64,000 nucleotides of DNA, from the IMG/VR virus record IMGVR_UViG_3300031688_001276; one strand, 5' to 3'. How positions within the stretch are numbered: the first letter of the stretch is position 1; the number at the start of each line of letters is the position of its first letter. The notes beneath the pieces were generated by a model, which had not been told where the DNA came from, ran no database searches, and saw only the letters and a program-made list of their open reading frames with translations. Made by a program: the position numbers and the translations under genes. The DNA comes from an uncultured virus (IMG/VR IMGVR_UViG_3300031688_001276) (taxonomy: Duplodnaviria; Heunggongvirae; Uroviricota; Caudoviricetes). Of the stretch, positions 26,725 to 36,109 are shown piece after piece.

Positions 26725-27663
26725 ATGGAACCAGGACAATTTTTATGGGTCGAGAAGTATCGTCCACGCACAGTGGATGAATGTGTTCTCCCTGAAGATG
26801 TGAAAAAGCAATTTGAAGCTTTTATTAAGAAGGGCGAAGTGCCTAACTTACTATTGAGTGGAACAGCAGGTACAGGGAAGACAACCCTAGCTCGTGCTTT
26901 ATGTGAATCTTTAGGATGTGACTATATAGTTATTAATGGTAGTGATGAAGGTAGGCAAATAGATACCCTCAGAACTAAGATTAGGTCATTTGCTAGTGCC
27001 GTTTCATTTGAGGGTAAGACTAAGGTCGTGATACTCGATGAAGCAGACTACATGAACAGGGAAAGTGTACAACCAGCCCTTAGAGGGTTCATAGAGACGT
27101 TCTCTGAGAACTGTAGGTTTGTGTTTACATGTAACTATGCCAATAGGCTAATAGACCCGTTGCACAGTAGAACTACGGTAATAGACTTCAAGATTAACCC
27201 CTCAGACCGCCCTGCTTTAGCCTCTAAGTTTATGGAAAGGATGAAGTATATACTTGATACAGAAGGCGTACAATACAACGAGAAAGTACTCGCTGAGCTC
27301 CTAATGAAGCATTTTCCAGACTACAGAAGGGTGCTAAATGAGCTCCAAAGGTACTCTGTGAGTGGTGTTATAGATGAGGGTATACTAAGTAACTTCCAGG
27401 AAATAAACGCTAAGCAGCTCTTAGAGAGCCTTAGAGAGAAGGACTGGAAGAAGATGAGACAATGGGTAGCCAACAATGTGGATACAGACCCTCAAGGGAT
27501 ATTTAGACAGATATACGATATACTGCTTCCTGAGATAAAGTCTATACCTCAGGTAGTATTGTTAATAGCAGATTATCAGTACAAAGCGGCTTTTGTAGCA
27601 GACCAAGAGATTAATATTACGGCCTGTTTAACAGAAATAATGGCTAATGTGGAGTTCAAATAA
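26725..27663 (+). CDS. gp44: Clamp loader large subunit
   Basis: LWVEKYRP, GTGKTT, DEADY, FPDYRR. Confidence 0.95.
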   Translation: MEPGQFLWVEKYRPRTVDECVLPEDVKKQFEAFIKKGEVPNLLLSGTAGTGKTTLARALCESLGCDYIVINGSDEGRQIDTLRTKIRSFASAVSFEGKTKVVILDEADYMNRESVQPALRGFIETFSENCRFVFTCNYANRLIDPLHSRTTVIDFKINPSDRPALASKFMERMKYILDTEGVQYNEKVLAELLMKHFPDYRRVLNELQRYSVSGVIDEGILSNFQEINAKQLLESLREKDWKKMRQWVANNVDTDPQGIFRQIYDILLPEIKSIPQVVLLIADYQYKAAFVADQEINITACLTEIMANVEFK

Positions 27664-27827
27664 TGAGAGACTATAACAAATCCAAAACAGCAGACGCTCG
27701 AATTGATATTAGAGTTCCTTCTCAGGTAAAACAAGAGATCATTGAGGAAGCTAAAGAGAGGGGCGTAACTGTTACTGAACTATTGTTGGAGAGTTACAGG
27801 ATGCTTAAAAATGTTGACATTAGGTAA
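27663..27827 (+). CDS. Small ribbon-helix-helix-like DNA-binding protein (54 aa); not in the ORF track
   Basis: TAATG coupling; RIDIRVPSQVKQEIIEEAKERGVTVTELL has the RHH pattern. Confidence 0.6.
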   Translation: MRDYNKSKTADARIDIRVPSQVKQEIIEEAKERGVTVTELLLESYRMLKNVDIR

Positions 27828-27978
27828 GATCTGGAGATTGTGGGCAAAGTCACTAGGTGACAAAGCATCAGATAACAGCAAAGACGCTGACGCAGTTGCA
27901 TTAATGAGAACTGTGGTAGTACTAGTTAATTTCATAACCTGCTTCTTTATTGTGGCAGGAGTAATAAGGCATTTCTAA
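27811..27978 (+). CDS. Small membrane protein (55 aa); not in the ORF track
   Basis: WRLWAKSLGDKAS...AD..ALMRT...FIVAGVIRHF; TAATG-coupled to gp62. Confidence 0.65.
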   Translation: MLTLGKIWRLWAKSLGDKASDNSKDADAVALMRTVVVLVNFITCFFIVAGVIRHF

Positions 27979-28439
27979 TGAGTGATTCAATACTAGAAGG
28001 TTTCGGAAAACCTGTAGAAGAAGTAGATGAGAGTGAGTTTAATATAAAACTTAAAAAAATATCTCCCTTCGATTTTGCTAACAGTATTAACTACACAAAA
28101 GAAAACCTTATAGTCGACGAAACAACAGAAAGACAATACAATCCGTTTATTGTAAATCGTGCCATGGGATTTGGAAAAGACACGGTTATTGCAGGTAACG
28201 AAATGAACGCTAGGCCTCATCTAGATAATAAATTACAATATGACTTTTTAAAGTCTGTGGTAAGAAAGGCAAAGCGTTATAATAAGTGGGTTAAGACTGA
28301 AGAAGAAAATATTGAGATAATTCAACAGTTCTTTGGATATAGTTTTATGAAAGCTAAAGAAGCTTTACTATTACTATCCCAAACACAGATAGATCTCATT
28401 AAGATACACTTGAATACATCTAAAGGCGGAAAGTTATAA
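27978..28439 (+). CDS. gp62: Clamp loader small subunit
   Basis: YNPFIVNR, NEMN, QYDFL...RK.KR..KW; synteny. Confidence 0.9.
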   Translation: MSDSILEGFGKPVEEVDESEFNIKLKKISPFDFANSINYTKENLIVDETTERQYNPFIVNRAMGFGKDTVIAGNEMNARPHLDNKLQYDFLKSVVRKAKRYNKWVKTEEENIEIIQQFFGYSFMKAKEALLLLSQTQIDLIKIHLNTSKGGKL

Positions 28440-28481
28440 ATATTGGGTTAACTTAATAATTATAACACACAAGGTATTGAG

Positions 28482-28901
28482 ATGAGTGATCAAGAGAATT
28501 ACTTTAATATTGACTACCCAGGCTATAGCCCATTAGAAGTCACGTTAAAGGACCCAGAGGATTTCCTAAAAGTAAGAGAGACGCTATCAAGAATAGGCGT
28601 TGCTTCAAAGAAAGAACAGGTTCTTTACCAATCTTGCCATATTCTACATAAGAAAGGCAGGTACTTCATAACACATTTCAAGGAACTTTTTGCACTAGAT
28701 GGCAAAGAGGCAGACTTTCAAGACAATGATTTACAAAGACGAAACACTATTGCAAAATTACTATCCGATTGGGGATTAGTATTAATAGTAGGAGAGGTAG
28801 GAGAAGGTTCCCCTCTTAGTCAGATAAAAATTATATCTTTCAAAGAGAAGAGTGAATGGGAATTGGTTCCTAAGTACAATATTGGAAAGAAAATTAAATA
28901 A
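28482..28901 (+). CDS. regA: Translational repressor RegA
   Basis: DFLKVRETLSRIGVAS, LYQSCHILHKKG.YFI.HFKELF. Confidence 0.96.
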   Translation: MSDQENYFNIDYPGYSPLEVTLKDPEDFLKVRETLSRIGVASKKEQVLYQSCHILHKKGRYFITHFKELFALDGKEADFQDNDLQRRNTIAKLLSDWGLVLIVGEVGEGSPLSQIKIISFKEKSEWELVPKYNIGKKIK

Positions 28902-30183
28902 GTCCGATCTATATTATTTAAATAAGATCAAGGAAGAGCAGGACAAAGTAGGGCCTGGTTTTTGTGTATTAAAATGGTATCACCAAGAAATGCACTTAGG
29001 CTCTGGCATCAATCATTCCTGTTATCATTGTCCAACACATCAAATTCCATTAAATTCAGATTTACATAATACGCCTCATAAGATAGAACAGAGGGCTACA
29101 ATGTTGGATGGTGGAAGACCAGACGAGTGCTCTTATTGTTGGCAAGTAGAAGACATAGATCAAATATCAGATAGGCAAACACTAGCCGTCCAATTCTTTA
29201 AACACGATCCAAACATAATAGCCAAAGCCACAAGCTCTGGCCTAACACCAGTTTATCCTAAGTACTTAGAGTTATCATTTACAAATAAATGTCAAATGGC
29301 ATGTTCTTATTGTGGACCTACATTCAGTACTACATGGGAAAAGGAAATAGACAAGCACGGACCATACAAACTATCCAAAGACTACAATTCAGAACACGCT
29401 TCTCAAATTGAGAACTCTCCCTTTGTTAAAAAGTTCTGGAGTTGGTTTCCAGAGGCATATAAGCATTTATTTGTGCTTAGAGTTACAGGTGGTGAGCCTT
29501 TACTAGATAAGAATACATACAAGTTACTGCAATATGTAAAAGATAACCCTAAAGACGGTCTTACATTTCATTGTAATTCTAATCTCATGGTTAGTAAGGC
29601 AAGGGTGGCCAAGTATATTGAACTAGTAAAAGATATACCTAATACAAAGTTATATGTCAGTATTGATACTTGGGGTAAACAAGCAGAGTATATAAGACAT
29701 GGATTAGAGATAAGTCATTTTGAAGATAACCTACACAAAGTTTTGATGAGTGGAATAGATGTAGGATTGATGATTACATATAATTTATTATCAATACCTA
29801 ACATAGAAGAATTGATTTACAAAGTGGCAGAATTAAAATTACAATATCCTGGTAGAATACATTGGGACTCTCCCCACATGACAGCGCCAGAACACCTTTC
29901 AGCACAAAATAGCCCTGACTGGCTTATAAGTATTATGGAGAAAAGTTTAAAGCTGATGGAAACATATCCTCAGTTTTCGCAAGGTGAAGTTGCTAAATAT
30001 AGACGAACAGTAGAGTGGATTAAGAACAATAGATTCACAGGTGAATCACTACAAAGACATAGAACAGACTTTATAACTTTTGTAAAAGAACATGATAAAC
30101 GACGCAATACAAGTTTTATTAATTCGTTTGGTAGTGATGGTGTTAAATTAATTGATGATTTCAGTAAAAACTCTTATAAATAA
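28852..30183 (+). CDS. Radical SAM protein with N-terminal Cys cluster (start uncertain)
   Basis: CQMACSYC, TGGEPLL, SID...EYIR.G; additional CYHC and CSYCW. Confidence 0.85.
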   Translation: MNGNWFLSTILERKLNKSDLYYLNKIKEEQDKVGPGFCVLKWYHQEMHLGSGINHSCYHCPTHQIPLNSDLHNTPHKIEQRATMLDGGRPDECSYCWQVEDIDQISDRQTLAVQFFKHDPNIIAKATSSGLTPVYPKYLELSFTNKCQMACSYCGPTFSTTWEKEIDKHGPYKLSKDYNSEHASQIENSPFVKKFWSWFPEAYKHLFVLRVTGGEPLLDKNTYKLLQYVKDNPKDGLTFHCNSNLMVSKARVAKYIELVKDIPNTKLYVSIDTWGKQAEYIRHGLEISHFEDNLHKVLMSGIDVGLMITYNLLSIPNIEELIYKVAELKLQYPGRIHWDSPHMTAPEHLSAQNSPDWLISIMEKSLKLMETYPQFSQGEVAKYRRTVEWIKNNRFTGESLQRHRTDFITFVKEHDKRRNTSFINSFGSDGVKLIDDFSKNSYK

Positions 30184-30240
30184 TAGTGATACGCCGTTAG
30201 GGTATCATATTTTAATCTTGCTAAACATTAGGAGAAATAC
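30175..30240 (+). promoter_or_regulatory. Late promoter plus ROSE-like RNA thermometer in the hsp20 5' UTR
   Basis: TATAAATA; hairpin TGATAC/GTATCA; TCTTGCTAA-ACA-TTAGGAGA pairs the SD with a bulged G. Confidence 0.6.
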
Positions 30241-30678
30241 ATGGTAAGCATAAACACGACAAATTGGAACGATTTCGTTTCAGCATTCCCACAAATAGAA
30301 AGCAGACTCATTGGATTTGATAGAGTCTTTGACGCAGTTCAAGGATTCCACAAACCCGAGTCTAATTTCCCACCTTATAATATTAGGAAAATAGACGATG
30401 AGAATTATGAAATTCAAATTGCTCTTGCAGGCTTCTCAAAGGCTGAACTTGATATTAGTGTGGAAGACGGTAATCTAATCGTCAAGGGAATACAAAATTG
30501 TACATCTGAAAGGGAGTACTTACATAAAGGAATTGCAGAACGTAATTTCACAAGAACATGGACTTTAGCAGATACTGTTAAGGTGTCAGGTTCTGAATTG
30601 AAGGACGGAGTGTTACTCATCTCACTGGTAAATGTAATTCCAGAAGATAAGAAACCTCAGTCTATTAAAATTAAATAA
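30241..30678 (+). CDS. hsp20: Small heat-shock protein (IbpA-like)
   Basis: FPPYNI, ALAGF, YLHKGIAERNF, DGVL, C-terminal I.IK. Confidence 0.95.
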   Translation: MVSINTTNWNDFVSAFPQIESRLIGFDRVFDAVQGFHKPESNFPPYNIRKIDDENYEIQIALAGFSKAELDISVEDGNLIVKGIQNCTSEREYLHKGIAERNFTRTWTLADTVKVSGSELKDGVLLISLVNVIPEDKKPQSIKIK

Positions 30679-30696
30679 TAAAAGGAGATAAGGAGT

Positions 30697-31044
30697 ATGT
30701 CAAATATTCAAATAGTAAAGCTTGCAACAGGCGAAGATTTAATGGGAGACGTATCGTCTACCGAAGTTGATGGAAAAGAGGGGTTTTTGTTAATACAGAA
30801 ACCGGCTATAATTATGATGATGCCTAAACCAGGAAGCGATACGGATTTTGGAGTTGGACTTGCTCCTTACGCTCCGTTCAGTAAAGATCACGCAGTACCT
30901 ATCTTTCCTCAACATGTGGTTTCAGTATATGATCCAGGTGAGGAGATATTGTCGGCTTATAATGATAAATTTAATCCTTCAGCAATCATCAAGCCTGATA
31001 CTTTCATCGCTAAAAAGGTTCTAAACGAATCTAAAGGAAAATAA
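30697..31044 (+). CDS. Conserved T4-like hypothetical protein (Sm-like)
   Basis: IVKLATGEDL, LAPYAPFS; position after hsp20. Confidence 0.65.
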   Translation: MSNIQIVKLATGEDLMGDVSSTEVDGKEGFLLIQKPAIIMMMPKPGSDTDFGVGLAPYAPFSKDHAVPIFPQHVVSVYDPGEEILSAYNDKFNPSAIIKPDTFIAKKVLNESKGK

Positions 31045-31448
31045 TGTACGAATATAGAGTAAAAATTGTAAAAGTAGTAGACGGAGATACAGTAGATGTG
31101 GATATCGACTTGGGCTTCGGTGTGTGGCTCAAAAAACAAAGAGTTAGGCTATACGGCATCGACACCCCGGAAAGTAGAACCCGTGACCTCGTTGAGAAAA
31201 GATTCGGAAAAATGGCGGGGGCACATCTTAAAGCAAGATTGTCCAAAGGAGCTATACTCGGAACAAGGCTTGATTCAAAAGGAAAATACGGTAGGATACT
31301 TGGTGAATTTTTTGTGTTAGATGGAGAAGACAAAGTCAACATCAACGAAGAGATGATAGCACTACATTTAGCAGTGGCGTATCACGGACAGTCCAAGGAC
31401 GACATTGAAGATGAACATTTGACTAACCGTACCTTTTTTGACGAGTAG
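31044..31448 (+). CDS. Staphylococcal nuclease (SNase)-like protein
   Basis: VVDGDT, RLYGIDTPE, KYGRILG. Confidence 0.9.
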   Translation: MYEYRVKIVKVVDGDTVDVDIDLGFGVWLKKQRVRLYGIDTPESRTRDLVEKRFGKMAGAHLKARLSKGAILGTRLDSKGKYGRILGEFFVLDGEDKVNINEEMIALHLAVAYHGQSKDDIEDEHLTNRTFFDE

Positions 31449-31507
31449 TTCTTTACAGTAGGTTCCAAAGAGCCTATAATGTGTTATATTATGTTTAAGG
31501 TGTTGTT

Positions 31508-34003
31508 ATGAATTTTTATACTTATGCGAGACATTACGGGGATAAGGTCCTTGTACGTGGTGTTAGAAACGGTGAGAGGTATGTCGAAAAGCACGACTTT
31601 AGACCTACGCTCTTTGTTAAAACAGACAAACCCACAGACTATAAAAGTATATACGGCGAACCCGTAGCTCCTATACAGTTTGAAACAAATAAAGAGGCGA
31701 CTCGCTTCTTTGAAAGATATAAAGACGTATCCAATTTTCCAATATTTGGACAAAACTATTACGCATACCAGTATATCACGGAAAAGTTTCCTACTGATAT
31801 AAAATGGAATGCTTCCAAGTTGGCTATCTACTCTATTGATATTGAAACAACAACAGAAGGTGGATTTCCAAACGTGGACTCCCCAGCCGAGAAAGTGTTA
31901 GTTATCACGCTTCAAAATAACAACACCAAGAAGATAACAACATTCGGCTTAGGGGAGTTCACACCCTCTAAAGAAACAAATAAATTTGATGTGGATTATG
32001 TGGCTTGTGCTACTGAAGAAATCCTATTAGAAAACTTTGTTAGTTGGTGGGAACAAAACTGTCCTGATATTATTACAGGTTGGAACTCTAATCTGTTTGA
32101 TATCCCTTATATGATAGGTAGGATAGAAAAAATCCTAGGCGAAGGAGTACACAAAAGATTGTCTCCTTTTGGATTAGTTAATAAACGTCCTATTAGATTT
32201 GCTAACCGTGAGATGACAGCGTATGAAATTACAGGTGTTGCACAGTTAGACTATCTAGACTTATATAAGAAGTTTACTTATGTTACCCGAGAGTCATATA
32301 AATTAGACTTTATTACACAGACAGAACTAGGACATAAAAAATTAGAATCTGGTTATGACACGTTTAAAGAGTTCTATGACAATGACTGGAACAGGTTTGT
32401 AGAATATAATATTATTGATACAGTTCTTGTTGATGAGTTAGAGGATAAGATGAAACTTATTGAACTAGCTATTACAATGGCATACGATGCTAAGTGTAAC
32501 TTTGGTGATGTGTTCTCAGCTGTTAGAACTTGGGATAGTTTGATGTATAATCATCTATGGAATAAGAAGATTGTTATAGGACAAGGCGGAGGTAGAAAGG
32601 ATTCTCAAATTGAGGGTGCCTTTGTACAAGAACCTGTTCCTGGCAAATATGATTGGGTGGCTAGTTTCGATGCTACAAGTCTGTATCCTTCTATTCTTAT
32701 GCAGTACAATATGAGTCCTGAGACTATTGTTCCAGGATTCCAATATGATGTTAGTGTGGACGATCAACTTGACAGATACCAGTTAGATAAACTTAAAGAA
32801 AAGAACTACGCAATGGCAGGCAATGGCTCTTGTTATACGAGAGATGCTAAAGGACACTTTCCTGAGATAGTACAAAAGTTTTTTAATGATAGAGTTAAGT
32901 ATAAGAAACTTATGCAGAAGGCACAAAAAGACTTCCAGGAGACTGGTGCCCTACATCACAAGAATGAGATTAGTAAATACAATAACTTCCAGATGGCTCG
33001 TAAGATTCAATTAAACAGTTTATATGGCGCCATGGCTAACCAGTACTTTAGATTCTATGATGATAGAATTGCAGAAGGCATTACAATGTCAGGACAATTA
33101 ATTATCCGTGATACTGCTAAGGCTCTGGACAGTTACATGAACAAAGTATGTGGTACAGAAAATGAGATGTATTCCTTTTATAGTGATACAGATTCTTGTT
33201 ATGTTACATGCCAGACAATGGTAGAAAACTTCTTCCCAGATAAAGACAGAGATAAGATTGTTGGTTTGTTAGATAAAATTGCTACAGACAAAATAGAACC
33301 AGCTATTGCTCAGGCAATGACAAAGCTAGGCAACTATACTAACGCCTTTGAACATAAGATAGACTTTAAACGTGAGGTTATAGCAGACAAAGGTATATTT
33401 GTGGCTAAGAAAAGATACGCCTTAAACGTATTAGATGATGAAGGATTGAGACTCCAGGAACCTAAGTTAAAGGTTATGGGTTTAGAAATTGTACGATCCT
33501 CGACCCCTGCTCCTATCCGAGATAGTTTAAAGGAGGCAGTCCGTCTTATTCTTACAAGTGATGAAGAACACTTACAAGGTTTTATACTTAATGCTAGAAC
33601 AGACTTTATGTCTAAGACTCCTGAGGAAATAGCGTTTCCTCGAGGCTGTAACAACTTAGAAAAATACAAGTCTACATCTCACATATACACTAAAGGAACT
33701 CCTATTCACGTTCGAGGTTCTTTACTATATAATGACTTGATGAAGAAACATGATCTTAAACGAAAGTATGAGATGATACAAGACGGCGATAAAATTAAAT
33801 TTTTGTATTTAAAAGAACCTAACAGTCTACATGAAAATACAATAGCTTTTATCGGTAAGCTCCCTAAAGAGTTTGACTTAAACAAATATGTAGACTACGA
33901 CTTAATATTCCAGAAGGCATTTACAGATCCTTTGGAAAACATTTTACAACCTTTGGGGTGGAATACAGAGCCTCAAGCAACATTAGAGGATTTATTTTCA
34001 TGA
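31508..34003 (+). CDS. gp43: Family B DNA polymerase
   Basis: DIET exonuclease, FDATSLYPS, KIQLNSLYG, YSDTDS, KKRY; C-terminal TLEDLFS. Confidence 0.98.
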   Translation: MNFYTYARHYGDKVLVRGVRNGERYVEKHDFRPTLFVKTDKPTDYKSIYGEPVAPIQFETNKEATRFFERYKDVSNFPIFGQNYYAYQYITEKFPTDIKWNASKLAIYSIDIETTTEGGFPNVDSPAEKVLVITLQNNNTKKITTFGLGEFTPSKETNKFDVDYVACATEEILLENFVSWWEQNCPDIITGWNSNLFDIPYMIGRIEKILGEGVHKRLSPFGLVNKRPIRFANREMTAYEITGVAQLDYLDLYKKFTYVTRESYKLDFITQTELGHKKLESGYDTFKEFYDNDWNRFVEYNIIDTVLVDELEDKMKLIELAITMAYDAKCNFGDVFSAVRTWDSLMYNHLWNKKIVIGQGGGRKDSQIEGAFVQEPVPGKYDWVASFDATSLYPSILMQYNMSPETIVPGFQYDVSVDDQLDRYQLDKLKEKNYAMAGNGSCYTRDAKGHFPEIVQKFFNDRVKYKKLMQKAQKDFQETGALHHKNEISKYNNFQMARKIQLNSLYGAMANQYFRFYDDRIAEGITMSGQLIIRDTAKALDSYMNKVCGTENEMYSFYSDTDSCYVTCQTMVENFFPDKDRDKIVGLLDKIATDKIEPAIAQAMTKLGNYTNAFEHKIDFKREVIADKGIFVAKKRYALNVLDDEGLRLQEPKLKVMGLEIVRSSTPAPIRDSLKEAVRLILTSDEEHLQGFILNARTDFMSKTPEEIAFPRGCNNLEKYKSTSHIYTKGTPIHVRGSLLYNDLMKKHDLKRKYEMIQDGDKIKFLYLKEPNSLHENTIAFIGKLPKEFDLNKYVDYDLIFQKAFTDPLENILQPLGWNTEPQATLEDLFS

Positions 34004-34149
34004 ACATAGACGGACATTTTATAGTAAGTATGATTAAGAGCGGTATTAGAATTATCGCAGGATGTTATCTTATGTTAGGTGACTTGCCAATGGCAGGTGG
34101 ATTATTAATACTAGCCGAGACACTTGGTGTTGTAGAGGAAATGGTATGA
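34000..34149 (+). CDS. Small membrane protein
   Basis: HFIVSMIKSGIRI...AETLGVVEE; ATGA-coupled on both sides. Confidence 0.6.
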   Translation: MNIDGHFIVSMIKSGIRIIAGCYLMLGDLPMAGGLLILAETLGVVEEMV

Positions 34150-34904
34150 ATGTAGCCATAGTAGGTTATGGATTTGTAGGAAAAGCTACGGAATATTTTT
34201 TAAACAAATATACCAAAGACTCAGTAATACAGATACATGATAAATTTCAAGACAAAGTTATTAAAGACTGGAAAGATATTGATTTTGCCTTTATATGTGT
34301 TCCTACTAACCTAAATGATGGCAGATTAGACATTAGTATTATAGATAGTGTGATCGCAGAAATACCTAGAGACGTACAAATTATTATAAGAAGTACAATA
34401 GGTCCAGATCAATGTTTAAAGTATGCAAGAGAAAATGGAGCAATCGTAATGCCAGAGTTTTTGAGAGAAAGACATTGGCAAGAGGACGTAGATGATATGG
34501 ACTTGCCAATTGTAGTAGGTAGCAGTGAAGTTAACTTATTTAATGAGTGGATTAAGAATACTAGTTCACCTAAGGAAATTTTTATTGTTCGCCCTCAAGA
34601 AGCATCTATGATGAAAATGGCACGAAACGCTGCACTAGCAATGAAAGTTGCATTGGCAAATGACTTTAAGGAAATGTGTGATAGTTTCCTAGAAATGGAT
34701 TATAATGTACTAAGAGTATTTTTAGAATCTGACGTAAATTTAGGGGGAACACATTGGGCTGTTCCTGGTCCAGATAATAAGGAAGGTTTTGGTGGTACTT
34801 GTTTACCAAAGGACTTGACTCATGCTTCTAGCCTATGCTATAATTTACATAATATAATGAACACAGCCGTAGAGGCTAACAAAAGAAGGAGAGATGATGG
34901 GTAA
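34146..34904 (+). CDS. UDP-glucose/GDP-mannose dehydrogenase family (short form)
   Basis: GYGFVG, ICVPT, RST, PEFLRE, GFGGTCLPKD. Confidence 0.88.
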   Translation: MNVAIVGYGFVGKATEYFLNKYTKDSVIQIHDKFQDKVIKDWKDIDFAFICVPTNLNDGRLDISIIDSVIAEIPRDVQIIIRSTIGPDQCLKYARENGAIVMPEFLRERHWQEDVDDMDLPIVVGSSEVNLFNEWIKNTSSPKEIFIVRPQEASMMKMARNAALAMKVALANDFKEMCDSFLEMDYNVLRVFLESDVNLGGTHWAVPGPDNKEGFGGTCLPKDLTHASSLCYNLHNIMNTAVEANKRRRDDG

Positions 34905-35967
34905 TTTAACAGAGCGATTGCAGAAGAATTCTACAATTAAAGAAACAGCTATTCTAACAGAGAGTAAATTCTTTGGAGAAAAGGATCTAATACAAACCTC
35001 AGTACCAGCAGTTAATGTTGCATTGAGTGGGAGATTAGATGGTGGACTAACACCTGGACTTACAGTATTTGCAGGTCCTAGTAAACATTTTAAGACAGCA
35101 TTTGCTATGTTGTTAATTAAAGCGTTCCAGGACAAATATGAAGATGGAGTGGTATTGTTTTACGACTCAGAGTTTGGAGCTCCTCAATCTTATTTTGAGA
35201 CATTTGATATTGATACTAAGAAAATATTACATACACCTATCTCAGATATAGAACAGTTGAAACATGATATAATGCAACAGTTAAATGGTGTTGAAAGAGA
35301 AGACCATCTAATGATTGTTGTTGACTCGGTTGGTAACTTAGCTTCTAAGAAAGAAGTAGAAGATGCGTTAGAAGGTAAATCTGTAGCTGACATGACAAGA
35401 GCTAAACAAATGAAATCCTTATTTAGAATGGTAACTCCTCACCTGACTATTAAAGATATCCCAGCAATTGTTGTTAACCACACATACAAAGAAATAGGAT
35501 TGTTTCCTAAAGATGTTGTTAGTGGTGGCACAGGAATATATTACTCAGCAGATAACATTTTTATTATTGGTAGACGACAACAAAAAACAGGCACAGAGGT
35601 TACAGGATATGATTTTGTAATTAACGTAGAAAAGTCTAGGTTTGTTAGAGAGAAGTCTAAAATTGTTGTTGATGTTACATGGGAGAACGGCATAAGCAAA
35701 TGGTCTGGTCTATTAGACATGGCTATGGAAGGAGGCTTTGTAATTAAACCTAGTAATGGTTGGTATCAGAAAATAGATCCTGACACAGGAGAAGTAGCAG
35801 ACGTTAAATTTAGATTAAAAGATCTAGGTAAAGACTTTTGGCTTCCGATACTATCAGACACGAGATTCTCAGAGTGGGTTAAGGCAAGATATACAATTGG
35901 CTCTGTAGAGATGATGGCGGAGGAAGTATCAGATGAAGATATTCAACAAGAATACGATAAAGTGTGA
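34894..35967 (+). CDS. uvsX: RecA-like recombinase UvsX
   Basis: GPSKHFKT, YDSEFG, DSVGNLAS, SGGTG. Confidence 0.96.
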   Translation: MMGNLTERLQKNSTIKETAILTESKFFGEKDLIQTSVPAVNVALSGRLDGGLTPGLTVFAGPSKHFKTAFAMLLIKAFQDKYEDGVVLFYDSEFGAPQSYFETFDIDTKKILHTPISDIEQLKHDIMQQLNGVEREDHLMIVVDSVGNLASKKEVEDALEGKSVADMTRAKQMKSLFRMVTPHLTIKDIPAIVVNHTYKEIGLFPKDVVSGGTGIYYSADNIFIIGRRQQKTGTEVTGYDFVINVEKSRFVREKSKIVVDVTWENGISKWSGLLDMAMEGGFVIKPSNGWYQKIDPDTGEVADVKFRLKDLGKDFWLPILSDTRFSEWVKARYTIGSVEMMAEEVSDEDIQQEYDKV

Positions 35968-36109
35968 TAAGTGTGAGAAAGAGTTAGGCAAGAATGATAA
36001 GTCCTACTGTTTCCACACCGAAGAACAGGATCTTTATATATGCGAGACATGTGTTAAAGATGTATATAATGAATATAGCAAGGTAATAAAAATTGAAGAA
36101 CAGAATTGA
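35933..36109 (+). CDS. Small C4 zinc-finger protein (58 aa); not in the ORF track
   Basis: GGAGG SD; CDKC...LYICETCV. Confidence 0.6.
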   Translation: MKIFNKNTIKCDKCEKELGKNDKSYCFHTEEQDLYICETCVKDVYNEYSKVIKIEEQN

